Source: a bacterium
Lineage (GTDB): Bacteria > 4484-113 > JAGGVC01
Direction of reading: 5' to 3'
NCBI GenBank assembly: GCA_021158185.1
Contig: JAGGVC010000056.1
Location: 714 to 64,713, forward strand
DNA length: 64,000 bases
Shown: in pieces, positions 10,364 to 20,987 of the stretch
Position numbering within the stretch: the first letter of the stretch is position 1
Layout: every line of letters starts with the position of its first letter
Translations under genes and position numbers: made by a program
The notes under the pieces: generated by a model
Told to the model about the DNA's origin: nothing
Database searches by the model: none
The model's input: the letters and a program-made list of their open reading frames with translations, nothing else

Positions 10364-11923
10364 CTACTCCCATTCTATCGTGCCGGGAGGCTTTGAGGTT
10401 ATATCGAGAACCGTCCTCACCACACCGACAACTTCGTTGAGCACACGGTTTGCGATTTGGTCAAGAACCGCGTACGGAACCCGTGTCCAATCCGCAGTCA
10501 TCTCGTCATCGCTCGTGACAGCCCTGATTACAATAGGATAGCCGTACGCACGAGCATCACCCGTCACGCCGGTAGTCTTGATTGCAGGCAGCACACCGAA
10601 TGCGCGCGTCCTGCCGTCATACAGATTTGCAGCAATAATCTCCTCTCGAATAATCGCATCTGCGTGCTGGAGAATTGCGATACGTTCGCGCGTAACATCG
10701 CCTATGATCCGGATGCCAAGCCCAGGCCCGGGAAACGGAGGACGGTACGCGATTGCATCCGGCAGGCCAAGCTCGACAGCAAGCGCGCGGATTTCATCCT
10801 TGAAAAGGTCGCGCAGCGGTTCGATCAGCTCGAGGTTCATCCGCTCCGGAAGCCCGCCGACGTTGTGATGGCTCTTTATCACGTGCGCATGCAGTCCGAT
10901 GCCGCTCGACTCGATGACATCGGGATAACTCGTCCCCTGCGCGAGATACCTGATATTCTCAAGTTTGACCGCCTCCCCTTCAAAGACGCGTATGAATTCC
11001 TCACCGATTATCTTGCGCTTGCGTTCCGGTTCGGTTTCGCCATCGAGCTTTGAAAGGAATCTGTCGCTTGCATCTACTCGGATAAGCTTGCTCTGAAAAT
11101 GCTCGTTGAATGCCTGCTCGACCTCGTCCGCCTCGTCTAAGCGCATCATCCCATGATCCACGAACACGCACTCAAGCTGCTTTCCTATTGCCTTATCCAC
11201 GATCGCCGCTGTAACAAAGCTGTCCACACCGCCTGATAGCCCGCATATGACCTTAGCAGAGCCGACTCGTTGCCGGATTTCGATTACGTTCCGCTCGATG
11301 AAATCGGTCATCTGCCACTTCGGCTCGGCTTTGCAGATGCGATAGAGGAAGTTCGATAGAAGGTCTTTACCCCACGGCGTGTGCGTCACCTCAGGATGGA
11401 ACTGGACGCCGTAGGCCCGGCGCTCCACGTTCTCGAAGCTTGCTACGGGCGTGTTGAGAGTGTGGCTCGTAGCGATGAACCCCGCGGGGAGCACAGGCGT
11501 GATGTCGCCGTGGCTCATCCAGCATATCAAATCCGGGTTGAGTCCCGCGTAAAGAGCGCTTTCAGGCTTGGTGACGGTCAGTTCGGTTTTGCCGTACTCG
11601 CGATTGTTCGCCGCCGTGATGCCCACTCCGAATACCTTGCCGATAAGCTGCATTCCGTAGCAGATTCCGAGAATAGGTATACCGAGTTCGAATATCTCCG
11701 TGTCGATTTCGGGACTGCCGAACTGGTAGACGCTGTTCGGTCCGCCTGAAAGCACAATTCCAGAAGGCGACATCTCGCGAATCTCGTCGACCGTGAGGGT
11801 ATTGTCGAATATTTCACTGTAGACCTTGAGCTCGCGAATCCTGCGCGCGATGAGTTGGGTGTATTGTGATCCAAGGTCGAGAATCGCGACCTTGTCAAAA
11901 TCACCTGATGTCTGCCAACTCAT
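10364..11923 (-). CDS. guaA: GMP synthase (glutamine-hydrolysing)
   Basis: GATase segment ILDLGSQYTQLIARRIREL; ATP-PPase SGGVDS; C-terminal SKPPGTIEWE. I chose the ATG at 11923 (MSWQTSGDFDKVAILD) rather than the track start 11983. Confidence 0.95.
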   Translation of the reverse strand: MSWQTSGDFDKVAILDLGSQYTQLIARRIRELKVYSEIFDNTLTVDEIREMSPSGIVLSGGPNSVYQFGSPEIDTEIFELGIPILGICYGMQLIGKVFGVGITAANNREYGKTELTVTKPESALYAGLNPDLICWMSHGDITPVLPAGFIATSHTLNTPVASFENVERRAYGVQFHPEVTHTPWGKDLLSNFLYRICKAEPKWQMTDFIERNVIEIRQRVGSAKVICGLSGGVDSFVTAAIVDKAIGKQLECVFVDHGMMRLDEADEVEQAFNEHFQSKLIRVDASDRFLSKLDGETEPERKRKIIGEEFIRVFEGEAVKLENIRYLAQGTSYPDVIESSGIGLHAHVIKSHHNVGGLPERMNLELIEPLRDLFKDEIRALAVELGLPDAIAYRPPFPGPGLGIRIIGDVTRERIAILQHADAIIREEIIAANLYDGRTRAFGVLPAIKTTGVTGDARAYGYPIVIRAVTSDDEMTADWTRVPYAVLDQIANRVLNEVVGVVRTVLDITSKPPGTIEWE

Positions 11924-12125
11924 CTTTGGAAACACTCCATAGAAAAATGTAAAGCGCTGATTGCGATTTGAAGGGTGGTGCAAATGAAGGGTTCACGCTG
12001 TCAGGCTTATATTACCCAATTGACTGGAAGATTTACCTTTCAACGGCTGGCTTTCGGGCTTAAATGAGCTGTCCTGACACACAGCACCCATTTTTCAAGA
12101 TCGCAGTCGGCTCTCTCGTTCCCGA

Positions 12126-13283
12126 TCAGATCGACCGCTTTTGCGACATTTGAAAACCCTTGCCCTCGGTCCTGAAGCTCAAGCTCACGTAAAGCTCGGT
12201 TTCGTGGAAATCCTCAATTGTTGCTGCGCCTGCAAGTCCCATGCTGCTCTTGATACCGCCCACGATGTTCTGTGTGCCGTCCGATACGCGCGCAGGACCG
12301 AACAAAACCTGCTCGAGCGGTACTCCCGAATCCACGCGCACACGAGTACCCCGCGGAAGATTGGGATGCGGCGCAGCCATCCCCCAGTGATACGGATGAG
12401 CAGGTGCGTCGGGACATCCGGTAAACACGCTTCCGAACATAACAGCGTCAGCACCCGCGGCAAGGCACTTGGCGACCTGTCCGGACGTGCGCATTCCGCC
12501 GTCGGTGATGACGGTAACACGCCTGCCGCTTTCTTCGAAGTAATCATCGCGGGCATCGGCCGCTTCAGCGGTCGCAGTTATCTGGGGCACACCTACCCCC
12601 GTTACATCGCGAGTAGTACAAGCCTGCCCTGGACCCACGCCGATAAGAATGCCGTCGGCGCCAGCGCGCATCAGCTCGATTGCGACGTTGTAACCAACGC
12701 AGTTACCAACGATGAGCGGAATATCGATGTTCGAGCATAGATCAGCGATATTAAGCACCTCTCCAGACGAACTCTTGTGCTTGGGACTCGTTACCGTGCT
12801 CTGCACGACCAGCAATTCAGCACCTTCTTCCTTTGCAACGGGCCAGAAGCGCTTCACTCCGAGTGGAGTAAGACTTACGGCTGCTAGTGCGCCTGAATCC
12901 TTCATCGCACGTATGGATCGGGCAATATATTTCTCGTTCACAGATTCAGCGGAATAGACTTCCTGGAGAAGCGGTGTGGCTTCGTCATCCGTCGCGCGCG
13001 CGATCTTCGCGAGTATTTCGCGCGGGTTTTGATATCTTCCCCAAACACCTTCGAGATTGAGCACGCCGAAGCTTCCGAATCCGGTGAACCGCGCCGCCAT
13101 CCCTGGATCCACAACGCTGTCCATCGCGGCTGCGATGATGGGAAGCTCGAACTCGCGCTCGCCAAGCCGCCACGAAACATTGGTATCCTCAGGATCGATT
13201 GTGGACGCGGAAGGTGCGAGGGAAATATCATCGAACCCCAGTGCCAGCTTTGCTCTTCTCTTTTTCGAAATCAGAAAATCCAC
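12126..13283 (-). CDS. IMP dehydrogenase/GMP reductase family protein lacking CBS domains (GuaB3-like)
   Basis: [11 protein letters not shown]..., [10 protein letters not shown], and catalytic-loop-like [21 protein letters not shown]. At 385 aa there is no CBS insert. Confidence 0.8.
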   Translation of the reverse strand: MDFLISKKRRAKLALGFDDISLAPSASTIDPEDTNVSWRLGEREFELPIIAAAMDSVVDPGMAARFTGFGSFGVLNLEGVWGRYQNPREILAKIARATDDEATPLLQEVYSAESVNEKYIARSIRAMKDSGALAAVSLTPLGVKRFWPVAKEEGAELLVVQSTVTSPKHKSSSGEVLNIADLCSNIDIPLIVGNCVGYNVAIELMRAGADGILIGVGPGQACTTRDVTGVGVPQITATAEAADARDDYFEESGRRVTVITDGGMRTSGQVAKCLAAGADAVMFGSVFTGCPDAPAHPYHWGMAAPHPNLPRGTRVRVDSGVPLEQVLFGPARVSDGTQNIVGGIKSSMGLAGAATIEDFHETELYVSLSFRTEGKGFQMSQKRSI

Positions 13284-13451
13284 TCTAAGACCATCCCTGG
13301 ACCAAATATCGCATTATTTTTAATGGCAAAGGTCTTACCCGGCTATTGTGAATGAACAAACCCGCTAACCTCTAAATGGAAAAAAGGAACTCCGCTGGCA
13401 AGACCCGCACAGGACCTGGTTAACACTGGGTTACCTGCAAGAAGATATCGG

Positions 13452-13480
13452 AATATACCACCGTGGAGCGGCACTGTCAA
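13452..13480 (-). promoter_or_regulatory. Sigma70-type promoter for the IMPDH-like gene
   Basis: Minus strand reads TTGACA-17 nt-(TGG)TATATT. It would give a ~160-nt 5' UTR before the GTG at 13283. Confidence 0.5.
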
Positions 13481-13527
13481 GAAGGCGATATCGGCGCCAT
13501 AAATTTGGCGCGTGCACATCACCTTTA

Positions 13528-15000
13528 TCAGAACACCATATCATCGTGCAGCACCGCATCTTCCCGCAAGAGCAGATCGTGCACGAGTGAATACGGAAGT
13601 TTCATATCGCTTTCGGCATCAGGCGATGCAATCATTGACTGCGTAAACATCGCTTCATTTATATGGTCAACCGCTACGTTCATTCCCCTCGTCATCACCG
13701 CGGCTGTTGCGCCTGCCGCTTGCCCGACAGCCATAGAAGTTGGAATCACGCGCGTTGAGGCAAACGCCTCGCGCGTTACACTGATATGCCTCCCTGCCAT
13801 CACTAGATTACCCACTTCGTTTGTCAATAGACACCTGAGCGGAATATCGTAGTGCCCGCGCCCGCTGAGTTTCTCGGTGTGCAGTCCGCTATCGTCTGCG
13901 GAATGAATGTCAATCGGGAACGCTCCCAGTGCAACGACATCATCGAATTTCGCACCCGCGATCACATCTTCGCGCGTTAGAACGTAGCGTCCGACCGCGC
14001 GCCAGCTTTCGCGGACACCGATGTACTCGGCCTTCCTGCTTATGTATGAATCCTTGAATCCCGGAACATGCTTTTTGAAAAAACGAGTGAGAAATTCGAT
14101 CTGCCTGATTCCCTCCGCGGCGATCTCCTCATCCGTTCCAAATCCGCTCGGTATCCTCGTCGTATTGACAAGGAACTCGCCCGGGTGCGGAGTCCCGAAG
14201 AACAATAGGCGGTCTCGCGGTACAAGCCATTCCCCCCGTGCTTTCGCATCCTCGACTAGCGAAAAGAAGCCGCACACTCCAAGGTAGCCTTCTTCGATGA
14301 TGCCTTTATCGGGGTTGAGCACGAAATCGTCCTGGTTTGCATGGACGTGCTTTCTCAGGCGCGCTTCATCCACACCTGCAAGCGCAAACAGCCAGCTCAT
14401 AGGCTGGCATTCATCCGACAATTCGCATTCCACACCTGCAAGCCGCGCAACGCCCGCGTTTCCCGTGGCATCCACAACCGCGCCTACGTCCATCCACCAG
14501 GTCTGAACCTCTGGAACTGTTCCTCTTTGCCAGTGTCCGAATGGTATGCCCAAAGGCAGCCGTGACTGGTCGAGTGTCGCGAGCTTCAGAGCTGTAATTC
14601 TACCTGCATTTGTTTTGACATCGGTTACCGCTGTACTCAGATACAACTCCACGCCTTCCTCATCGATCCATTCGAGCAATACGCGGCGCGCCACGCGGTC
14701 GTCCACGGGCGTAACCGTCGTCGCAAATCCGAGTGGATCGGGCTTGTGACCCAGAGAGCCGTTGTACGAGATCAGACGTTCGATGTATTCCTCGGCAAGC
14801 CCGCGTATCACCTGTCCGCGCGGTGAATGAAACGTCTGGTAAGGCTGTACGAGAGCTTGAGTGGCAATTCCACCTGGGTAGGAGTGCGCTTCAACGAGAA
14901 CAACGTCGCAACCTGCCCGTCTTGCGGCAATTGCTGCGATCACGCCTGCAACACCGGCACCGACGACCATTATCTCTGTTTTAGAAGGAAAACTCGACAT
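13528..15000 (-). CDS. FAD-dependent oxidoreductase
   Basis: Dinucleotide-binding motif IMVVGAGVAGVIAAIAARRAGCDVVLVE. The ATG at 15000 is preceded by AAGGAG; the track start is 15039. Confidence 0.7.
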   Translation of the reverse strand: MSSFPSKTEIMVVGAGVAGVIAAIAARRAGCDVVLVEAHSYPGGIATQALVQPYQTFHSPRGQVIRGLAEEYIERLISYNGSLGHKPDPLGFATTVTPVDDRVARRVLLEWIDEEGVELYLSTAVTDVKTNAGRITALKLATLDQSRLPLGIPFGHWQRGTVPEVQTWWMDVGAVVDATGNAGVARLAGVECELSDECQPMSWLFALAGVDEARLRKHVHANQDDFVLNPDKGIIEEGYLGVCGFFSLVEDAKARGEWLVPRDRLLFFGTPHPGEFLVNTTRIPSGFGTDEEIAAEGIRQIEFLTRFFKKHVPGFKDSYISRKAEYIGVRESWRAVGRYVLTREDVIAGAKFDDVVALGAFPIDIHSADDSGLHTEKLSGRGHYDIPLRCLLTNEVGNLVMAGRHISVTREAFASTRVIPTSMAVGQAAGATAAVMTRGMNVAVDHINEAMFTQSMIASPDAESDMKLPYSLVHDLLLREDAVLHDDMVF

Positions 15001-15273
15001 TTTTCCCTTACACTCCTTATGCAATTTGGCTGCACACAAAGATTACACACGTAATCACTTACGTAGATTGCACGCGTCTAAAATCAATTACCCTGTTGAA
15101 TCACCATTCCATTCATTTTATTTGGTCTTAACCTGTTGTGCGAGTTGTAACTAGGCAGGGCTTTTCCTTACACCAATGCGAATTGAGGAAATAGTCCGAA
15201 CGAAGAATCACAGTTCGGGCGCGTCGTATAAAGCTGCGCCCGATGTTAATACGCGGTTTGAACCAGTTTCAGG

Positions 15274-17127
15274 CTACTCGGTCTTTCCCGACGAAAACTC
15301 GTCAATGAAAACATCTTCTGCATAAACCCTAAGGTCAATCTCGAAGAGCCTGTTCCAGGGAAATGTGATTTCCGCATCGATTGTCTGTGGAACAACAAAG
15401 CTTCTTCCTCTGTATATTGCGCGGTGTCGGCTCTCGTAGCTGGATCTAACCGGCTTTGCAAGTTCCTTGCATCCCTTTTCAACGAGATCGATCGTGTAGA
15501 GGTTGAAGTTCCACGGATCGCCTCCGTTTTCAGTAACGAGATTCCAAAGCCGTCTCCGCACTATCTGAGGAAACCATCTATCCGTAAGAAGGCTTTCGAA
15601 CTTGAACCGCTCCGCAGCCCACGCCGCAAGCGTAGCCGCCTTTCCTCTGATACCGAACAAACCGCGGTATGCACGACATACTATCTGCGCGAGCGCCTTG
15701 CCGAACGTGTTTCCCGCTGTGTTCCAACTGGAGTAGCCTTGTAGATAGTTTCCGTTGCCCAGCGCAAGCACGGAGTCGAGCATCGGATCACCGCCGTTGG
15801 CCCAGGCGATGTCTGCAACGTGAATATCGGCAAGATCGGCAAGGAGAAGCGGGGACAAGAAAGATATCGGGCAGTCGCCGCCTTCCTCCGGAAGCGGAGA
15901 GGGACGCCCGTCAACGATGTGATCGAGCTGCTCGGATTCGAAATTATTTATGATCAATAGCGGTGTTTTACGCGATGTGATTTCCTTGGGTGTGCTTCCA
16001 AGAATGACCGACGGTTCGGTCGACCAGGATGAAAGATCCGCCTCGATTGGAGAAATGCGAAGATGATCCATAAACCGCGCAAGGTTTTTTCCGACATTGA
16101 TGCATTCATACTTGGCCGTTAGGTTGATTGACTCAGGGAACGACCACCAGAGCCCCAAGGGAAGCCTGCCCTCGATGCGGTCGCGCAAATGGCGTGCAAG
16201 CATAACCATCCCCTGTTCGTCGCATCCGCAGAGCGCGGTCACTTTCTTGCGTGCATTTTCGGGTACATTTTCAAGGAGTTCCTCCGCTTCACCGTTTTGA
16301 GGCCCAGCGGGATCTCCGTCTTCGATTGCGATGCACCACGACGTAGACATGGGGAGAAGCTCGCTGAGAAGCTCCAGATGATTCGATTTGTTCATCTCCC
16401 GTGCAGCCAGGTGTTCCTGCCATGCAGCTTCGAGCATTTCCTGTGTTATTTCTGTTTTAATGTCCTTTGGTTTGGCTTCGTCCTTATCGCTGGGAGGAAC
16501 TTCGGGTGCATCTTCTTTTTTACTCCCGTCTCCTGAATCTTCGGATGCCGCATCCTTATCATCCAGGGCTTCCTGCACTTCAGGGAGGTCTTGGTCGGAC
16601 AGTGTTGAAGTTCCTTTCTTCCACAGTTCCTCGTGGAGAACCAGGTCGGATGTTCTCAGAACTGTTGTGCCGATTCGCGGGATTGATTTCATGCAGTGCA
16701 GCCTGCACCCCGGCCTTTCGCGCAGAAATCTAGCAAGGAAGCCGGCAATCTCACCCGGGGTTTTAATCGGTGCTGTTGATGAACGGCTTTGCACGAGCCC
16801 TCCGTACAACAGTGCATCGAGCGAAACGAGCACGCCCTCAACCTGCTTCGGCATCGAGTCCAGCCAGTCCATCAGCGCTTGCGGATCGCCATGCTTATCG
16901 CGCCAGCCGAGATACTCCAGTGGCGGAACTGCGAGCCGCACACCTGCAATATCCGCAAGCCTGAGTGGATACAGCCAGCTTGAGGGACGCCCGTCGAGCG
17001 GAATGAGCACGATCAAGGGAGAGATCGGATCAGAGAAAATCGCTTCCTCCATCGGATTCGACAGTGCGTCAATGTCCGATTCCGATTCTTGAACGCCAGC
17101 TTCAACAGGTGATACTACCTTTTCCAT
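15274..17127 (-). CDS. DUF4127-like protein with an acidic insertion
   Basis: N-terminal LIVLIPLDGRPSS resembles the DUF4127 PLDxRP signature, which I recall from memory. The Asp/Glu/Lys-rich insert is near residues 190-230. Confidence 0.45.
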   Translation of the reverse strand: MEKVVSPVEAGVQESESDIDALSNPMEEAIFSDPISPLIVLIPLDGRPSSWLYPLRLADIAGVRLAVPPLEYLGWRDKHGDPQALMDWLDSMPKQVEGVLVSLDALLYGGLVQSRSSTAPIKTPGEIAGFLARFLRERPGCRLHCMKSIPRIGTTVLRTSDLVLHEELWKKGTSTLSDQDLPEVQEALDDKDAASEDSGDGSKKEDAPEVPPSDKDEAKPKDIKTEITQEMLEAAWQEHLAAREMNKSNHLELLSELLPMSTSWCIAIEDGDPAGPQNGEAEELLENVPENARKKVTALCGCDEQGMVMLARHLRDRIEGRLPLGLWWSFPESINLTAKYECINVGKNLARFMDHLRISPIEADLSSWSTEPSVILGSTPKEITSRKTPLLIINNFESEQLDHIVDGRPSPLPEEGGDCPISFLSPLLLADLADIHVADIAWANGGDPMLDSVLALGNGNYLQGYSSWNTAGNTFGKALAQIVCRAYRGLFGIRGKAATLAAWAAERFKFESLLTDRWFPQIVRRRLWNLVTENGGDPWNFNLYTIDLVEKGCKELAKPVRSSYESRHRAIYRGRSFVVPQTIDAEITFPWNRLFEIDLRVYAEDVFIDEFSSGKTE

Positions 17128-17359
17128 GATTCAATTTTAGCATCGCCCGCGTTCTTTGTAACCAATATGTTACGCAAAACCGAAGTTTGCGAAAAAAATT
17201 ACGTATATTTTTTCGGCTGGTCGTTGAAGCGCGGACGAGGGTGCAAGATAAAGGAATATGCGCCTTATCAGCTATTCCACACGGCAGGAGCTTCATTGTC
17301 AGCTTGCCTGAACAGGAATTCACCCCTGTTTTCCGCGTTAAGCCGGCAGCAGGATTCGT

Positions 17360-20224
17360 CTACAGGGTTTCACCGAAGTGATACCCGATGAGTGCCGCAT
17401 CCATCTCGTCCACCGTGCCGTCGCCGTTGCAATCGAACCACTGCCTGAACGAGGGATTCGATGACCCGATCCCGAAGTTTTGACGGAGCAAGTCGACATC
17501 GGAATCGTCAACAATGCCATCCCCGTTCGTATCACCGACGAGGTTATAGCAGTCAACTTCTACAACGTCCGATGCGTAGAGACCGCTGGCTGTTACAGCG
17601 CGAACCTCCAGTAGCAGACGCTGGTTATTGAAATCTCCGGTATATACGTGTGCAGTATAAGGCGGATTGGAGGATTTGCTCTTGAGCATTCCGTCTGAAT
17701 AGTAGATATGGTATTCAACGTGGTCGAACTCGCCCGCCGTTTCCACAGTCACAGTCATCTGCTCTTGAACGAGTTCCAGGTTTTCAGGCGTCAGAATCTG
17801 GATTTCGGGAATCGAGCTTACGGGCCCGTCAAACACTACGATGTCGTCAATCCACCATCCACTGCCGTCAATCACGTCACCGTTGTCGGTGCCGGAGTCG
17901 TCGCTTTCGAAGAAAAACAGCACACGGATTACCTGGTCCTTGAATTCGGAAAGAGACAGGCTCTCGCGAACGTCCGTCTGGGTGCCCGTATAGCCTGCAA
18001 GCTCCGTATACGTTTCGCCTTCGTCCGCGGTAACATAAACCCGCGCATAATCCATGTTCTCTTCGATGTCGTACTGATGACTGAACGAGAGCACGGGGCT
18101 CTCGACATCGCTGAGATCGATCCGGCGCGAAACAAGGTAGTCGTTTTCGTTATCGCCGTATATTCCGCCACCGCCGCCAAAATAGAAGCAGACATCGCCC
18201 GATGTATGATATGCGCTCGACTGGCGCCATTTTGCAGGTCCTGATTCTTCCGCTGCAAGCACTTCGGGATCTATTGCGATAGTACGAGTACCGTACATAA
18301 GATCGCTCGATGGATAGTGCGCTTCGACCGGGAAGAACTGGTAGAATCCGTTTTCCGCAGTTTCTGACAGCGGGTAAAGCGCCGACATATTGTCAACGAG
18401 CAGATCCTGTGCATTTTCTTTCTGTTCGCCTTCGCCGTAACCTACTCCGCCCACCGTTACATGATCGTGCAGAATTCCTGTCGTGTCCCATGAATAAACG
18501 AACGGTGCGGAATCGGACGCGAAAACCGTAGCCCCGTCGATGAAAAGCTCGACCCACTCGACCTTTTCATTTACAGCGGGAGCTATCTCTACAATGCCGT
18601 TCGCAATTAGGGGAGGCAGTGTATTCATACTGAACATAAAGCCGCTCACAGAAATATCAACGGTGATTGTTTCGTTACTCGTGCTCTTGCGAATATTGAA
18701 AATGCGAACCTGCGAATCCACACCCTCATAGTCCGTACTCGCGGGATAGCTTTCGAAGCTGAACTCCTTGTCGCCCTGGGGATAAACATCTCCGGAATCA
18801 CCAAAGGAATACATATGATCGAGGCCGTCCAGTCCGTCGGCTTCTTCCAGATCCAGCGCCTTGTGATCCTCGTTATCGTTTACTCCCCAGTCGTCATAAG
18901 GATAATGGTCCGAGTAAACATCTTCATCAATGTGCCAGACAAGAAGGCCCTTGCCGGGGGCATGCCCGGTCTCGGACGTTGCAGTGAGCCAGCGGTTCTC
19001 GATGAGGAAATACTCCTTGTTGTAGATACCGTCTGTCCAGAGAAGGTAAACCTCATTCGGGTTGTCAATATAATTACTCGGATGAATTACGAGGTCATCC
19101 ATATCGCTGGTGATCACATTAGGCTCGATCCAGCCCATGAGCCACTTGTTGTATGCGCCCATGTGCATCGGCGGGTTTACATAATTACCGCCGCTCATCA
19201 GTTCCCAGTAGCCCAGCCCGAAGCTTTCGTTGCCGTCCATGCCGGGACTCGGATCGTGGGAGTCGCCTCCCAAGTCATAATAGTCCGGGATCATGAAGAA
19301 GTGCCCCATCTCGTGGTGCGCCGTGCGGCTTTCGGGTGCAAGATCGTCGTAGCCGAGTATGCCGACCGCTCCGATGCTCTTTCCATCGAGCTTTCCTGCT
19401 GAAACAAACCCATATGTCACGAACGCCCGTAGACTGTAGGGAAGGATAATCGTGATCGAGTCGATATAGCCGTCGCCGTCGCCGTCGAAGCTCGCATAAT
19501 TAACGTCGGGATTCGACGCGTTGAGCGCGTCGGAAACGATCCGCGACAGATTGCTGTTTGAAGTGACGCTGTATGCTCCAGCTTCCGGGTAAACACCGCC
19601 GGTGAGATCAAGCTGACCGTAGCTCATTTCATCATAAAATGCGGTAATAGAAGGACAGGTGTGACCGGCGTTTTCCCCGAACAGTTTTTCGTTTACCGCT
19701 GCGTGTGTTCTCTCCTGCGTATAGCTGGGAGTGCTTACAAGAAGATAGATAGCTTTACATGAGCCGATCGATGCAGGTCTGGGGTGTGCAAGGTATATTT
19801 TGCTCGCATCACGATCTCCAGTTGGATTCGGATCGCTGTTCATGCCATCAATATCATCGCCTACCTGTATGTCGATACCAAGCTCAGGAACCGGCATCCC
19901 TTCGGGTACAATGACGCCCTCGCGAGTGAGAATCGGGCCGATATACGGAAGCTCGAACTTGTCCTTCCATTTCGGGATGAGCACGGGAACGCCTGTCCTA
20001 AGATATTCGCGTACCTGGTCTATATACGGGTCCGTTTCGGTCGCGCTGTCAACTGCGTTTGACGCGGCTGCATCGTCTGCACCCGAATTGATGGAAGCCG
20101 ATTGCTTAATGCTGTTTTCCGAAGGTGATGTGGCGCGGGAACCTGCACCGCACGCGCTGAAAAACGCGATGGCAAGAACGATCAGGACACTGATGAAAAC
20201 AGCCAATGAAGTTTTTTCGGTCAT
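17360..20224 (-). CDS. M6-family (immune inhibitor A-like) metalloprotease lipoprotein with a C-terminal dockerin module
   Basis: Zinc motif HHEMGHFFMIPDYYD. Lipobox AFFSAC after the ATG at 20224 (track start 20419). C-terminal GDTNGDGIVDDSDVDLLRQNFG...CNGDGTVDEMDAALIGYHFG is a duplicated dockerin-type Ca-binding repeat. Confidence 0.75.
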   Translation of the reverse strand: MTEKTSLAVFISVLIVLAIAFFSACGAGSRATSPSENSIKQSASINSGADDAAASNAVDSATETDPYIDQVREYLRTGVPVLIPKWKDKFELPYIGPILTREGVIVPEGMPVPELGIDIQVGDDIDGMNSDPNPTGDRDASKIYLAHPRPASIGSCKAIYLLVSTPSYTQERTHAAVNEKLFGENAGHTCPSITAFYDEMSYGQLDLTGGVYPEAGAYSVTSNSNLSRIVSDALNASNPDVNYASFDGDGDGYIDSITIILPYSLRAFVTYGFVSAGKLDGKSIGAVGILGYDDLAPESRTAHHEMGHFFMIPDYYDLGGDSHDPSPGMDGNESFGLGYWELMSGGNYVNPPMHMGAYNKWLMGWIEPNVITSDMDDLVIHPSNYIDNPNEVYLLWTDGIYNKEYFLIENRWLTATSETGHAPGKGLLVWHIDEDVYSDHYPYDDWGVNDNEDHKALDLEEADGLDGLDHMYSFGDSGDVYPQGDKEFSFESYPASTDYEGVDSQVRIFNIRKSTSNETITVDISVSGFMFSMNTLPPLIANGIVEIAPAVNEKVEWVELFIDGATVFASDSAPFVYSWDTTGILHDHVTVGGVGYGEGEQKENAQDLLVDNMSALYPLSETAENGFYQFFPVEAHYPSSDLMYGTRTIAIDPEVLAAEESGPAKWRQSSAYHTSGDVCFYFGGGGGIYGDNENDYLVSRRIDLSDVESPVLSFSHQYDIEENMDYARVYVTADEGETYTELAGYTGTQTDVRESLSLSEFKDQVIRVLFFFESDDSGTDNGDVIDGSGWWIDDIVVFDGPVSSIPEIQILTPENLELVQEQMTVTVETAGEFDHVEYHIYYSDGMLKSKSSNPPYTAHVYTGDFNNQRLLLEVRAVTASGLYASDVVEVDCYNLVGDTNGDGIVDDSDVDLLRQNFGIGSSNPSFRQWFDCNGDGTVDEMDAALIGYHFGETL

Positions 20225-20503
20225 AAATACTCCGTGCAAAAATACACATGAAACCCGGCACGCGGACAAATGTATGTGCCGAATAAGGCAAAGCCCATTA
20301 TTATACCTTCCATACAGGGATAAATTCTTTATAAGACTCTTGCACACCGATGTTCGGGATGCATGTGAACGCCGTAGCTTTAACATCCACAGACTTTTTT
20401 TCTCACAGTTATCCTGCATGCCAGCTCACAATTGAACATAATGCGTGCTGATATGTGAAAAGATGTTAAAATATATGGCTATATGCAAAAATACGCGAAC
20501 TTA

Positions 20504-20512
20504 TGTTACAAT
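20504..20512 (+). promoter_or_regulatory. Extended -10 promoter element (TGTTACAAT)
   Basis: TGnTACAAT sits in an AT-rich stretch. The same element type precedes several genes in this window. Confidence 0.4.
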
Positions 20513-20519
20513 GTAGTGT

Positions 20520-20890
20520 CCAACCGGAGTGGTGGATGTCTTGTAGGTGCCTAAGTTGAGGCTCTCAGGGGGTGATACCGGATTTGGATGGCCCGGTATC
20601 CGGCGGAGACATCACAGTAAACCTGTGCAGGGCCGGCGAGAAGGTCGAACGAGCCTGCCCGCGAGAGTTTTCCGGCATTCACCTGACCGTAGGGATTGAG
20701 GGCCGCACCCGTAATCCCGCGAAGGTAAAACCGGTCGGACGAATTGCTGTAAATGTAACTAGTTGTTGTCAAACTAATTGCTGTTTGCCGGGGCTTGCGC
20801 TCCGGCTGTCGTTGAGGTACTGGAACGCCGTCCTTTATGTGACGGTTACGGGCGGAGCCGCGGGATCACGCGGCCCCGCCTTTTCATTTT
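20520..20890 (+). ncRNA. Candidate orphan structured RNA of unknown family
   Basis: Bounded by the extended -10 at 20504-20512 and a strong intrinsic terminator at 20851-20890. There is no SD-preceded ORF. Stems I checked by hand: 20535-41/20607-13, 20574-81/20593-600, and 20692-97/20713-18 with an inner GGG/CCC. Confidence 0.3.
20851..20890 (+). terminator. Rho-independent terminator
   Basis: GGCGGAGCCGCG-GGATCA-CGCGGCCCCGCC forms a 12-bp stem with one mismatch, followed by TTTTCATTTT. Confidence 0.7.
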
Positions 20891-20987
20891 CAGATGCAAT
20901 TCATTCTGAATAAAGTTCATGCAAAAACCGAAATGACGGCAAAAACTCATTCGGGAACGGCTTCAAATATGCTGAGCCAATCAAGTT

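Noticed and set aside
20551-20772. 73-aa minus-strand ORF inside the orphan unit
   Set aside because: It has a TTG start without an SD, and no terminator or promoter in the right orientation. The flanking signals (extended -10 and the terminator T-tract) are plus-strand. I keep it only as a possible refutation of the RNA hypothesis.
20520-20890. Identification of the orphan unit as tmRNA, RNase P RNA, SRP RNA or a cobalamin/c-di-GMP riboswitch
   Set aside because: I looked on both strands and found none of the following: a T-arm/CCA end or ..LAA tag frame; GGAAAGUCCGG or ACAGAA blocks; the GGUCCGGAAGGAAGCAGC helix-8 motif; a B12 box. GCAAACAGCAATTAG on the minus strand superficially resembles a tmRNA tag start but encodes only ANSN-stop.
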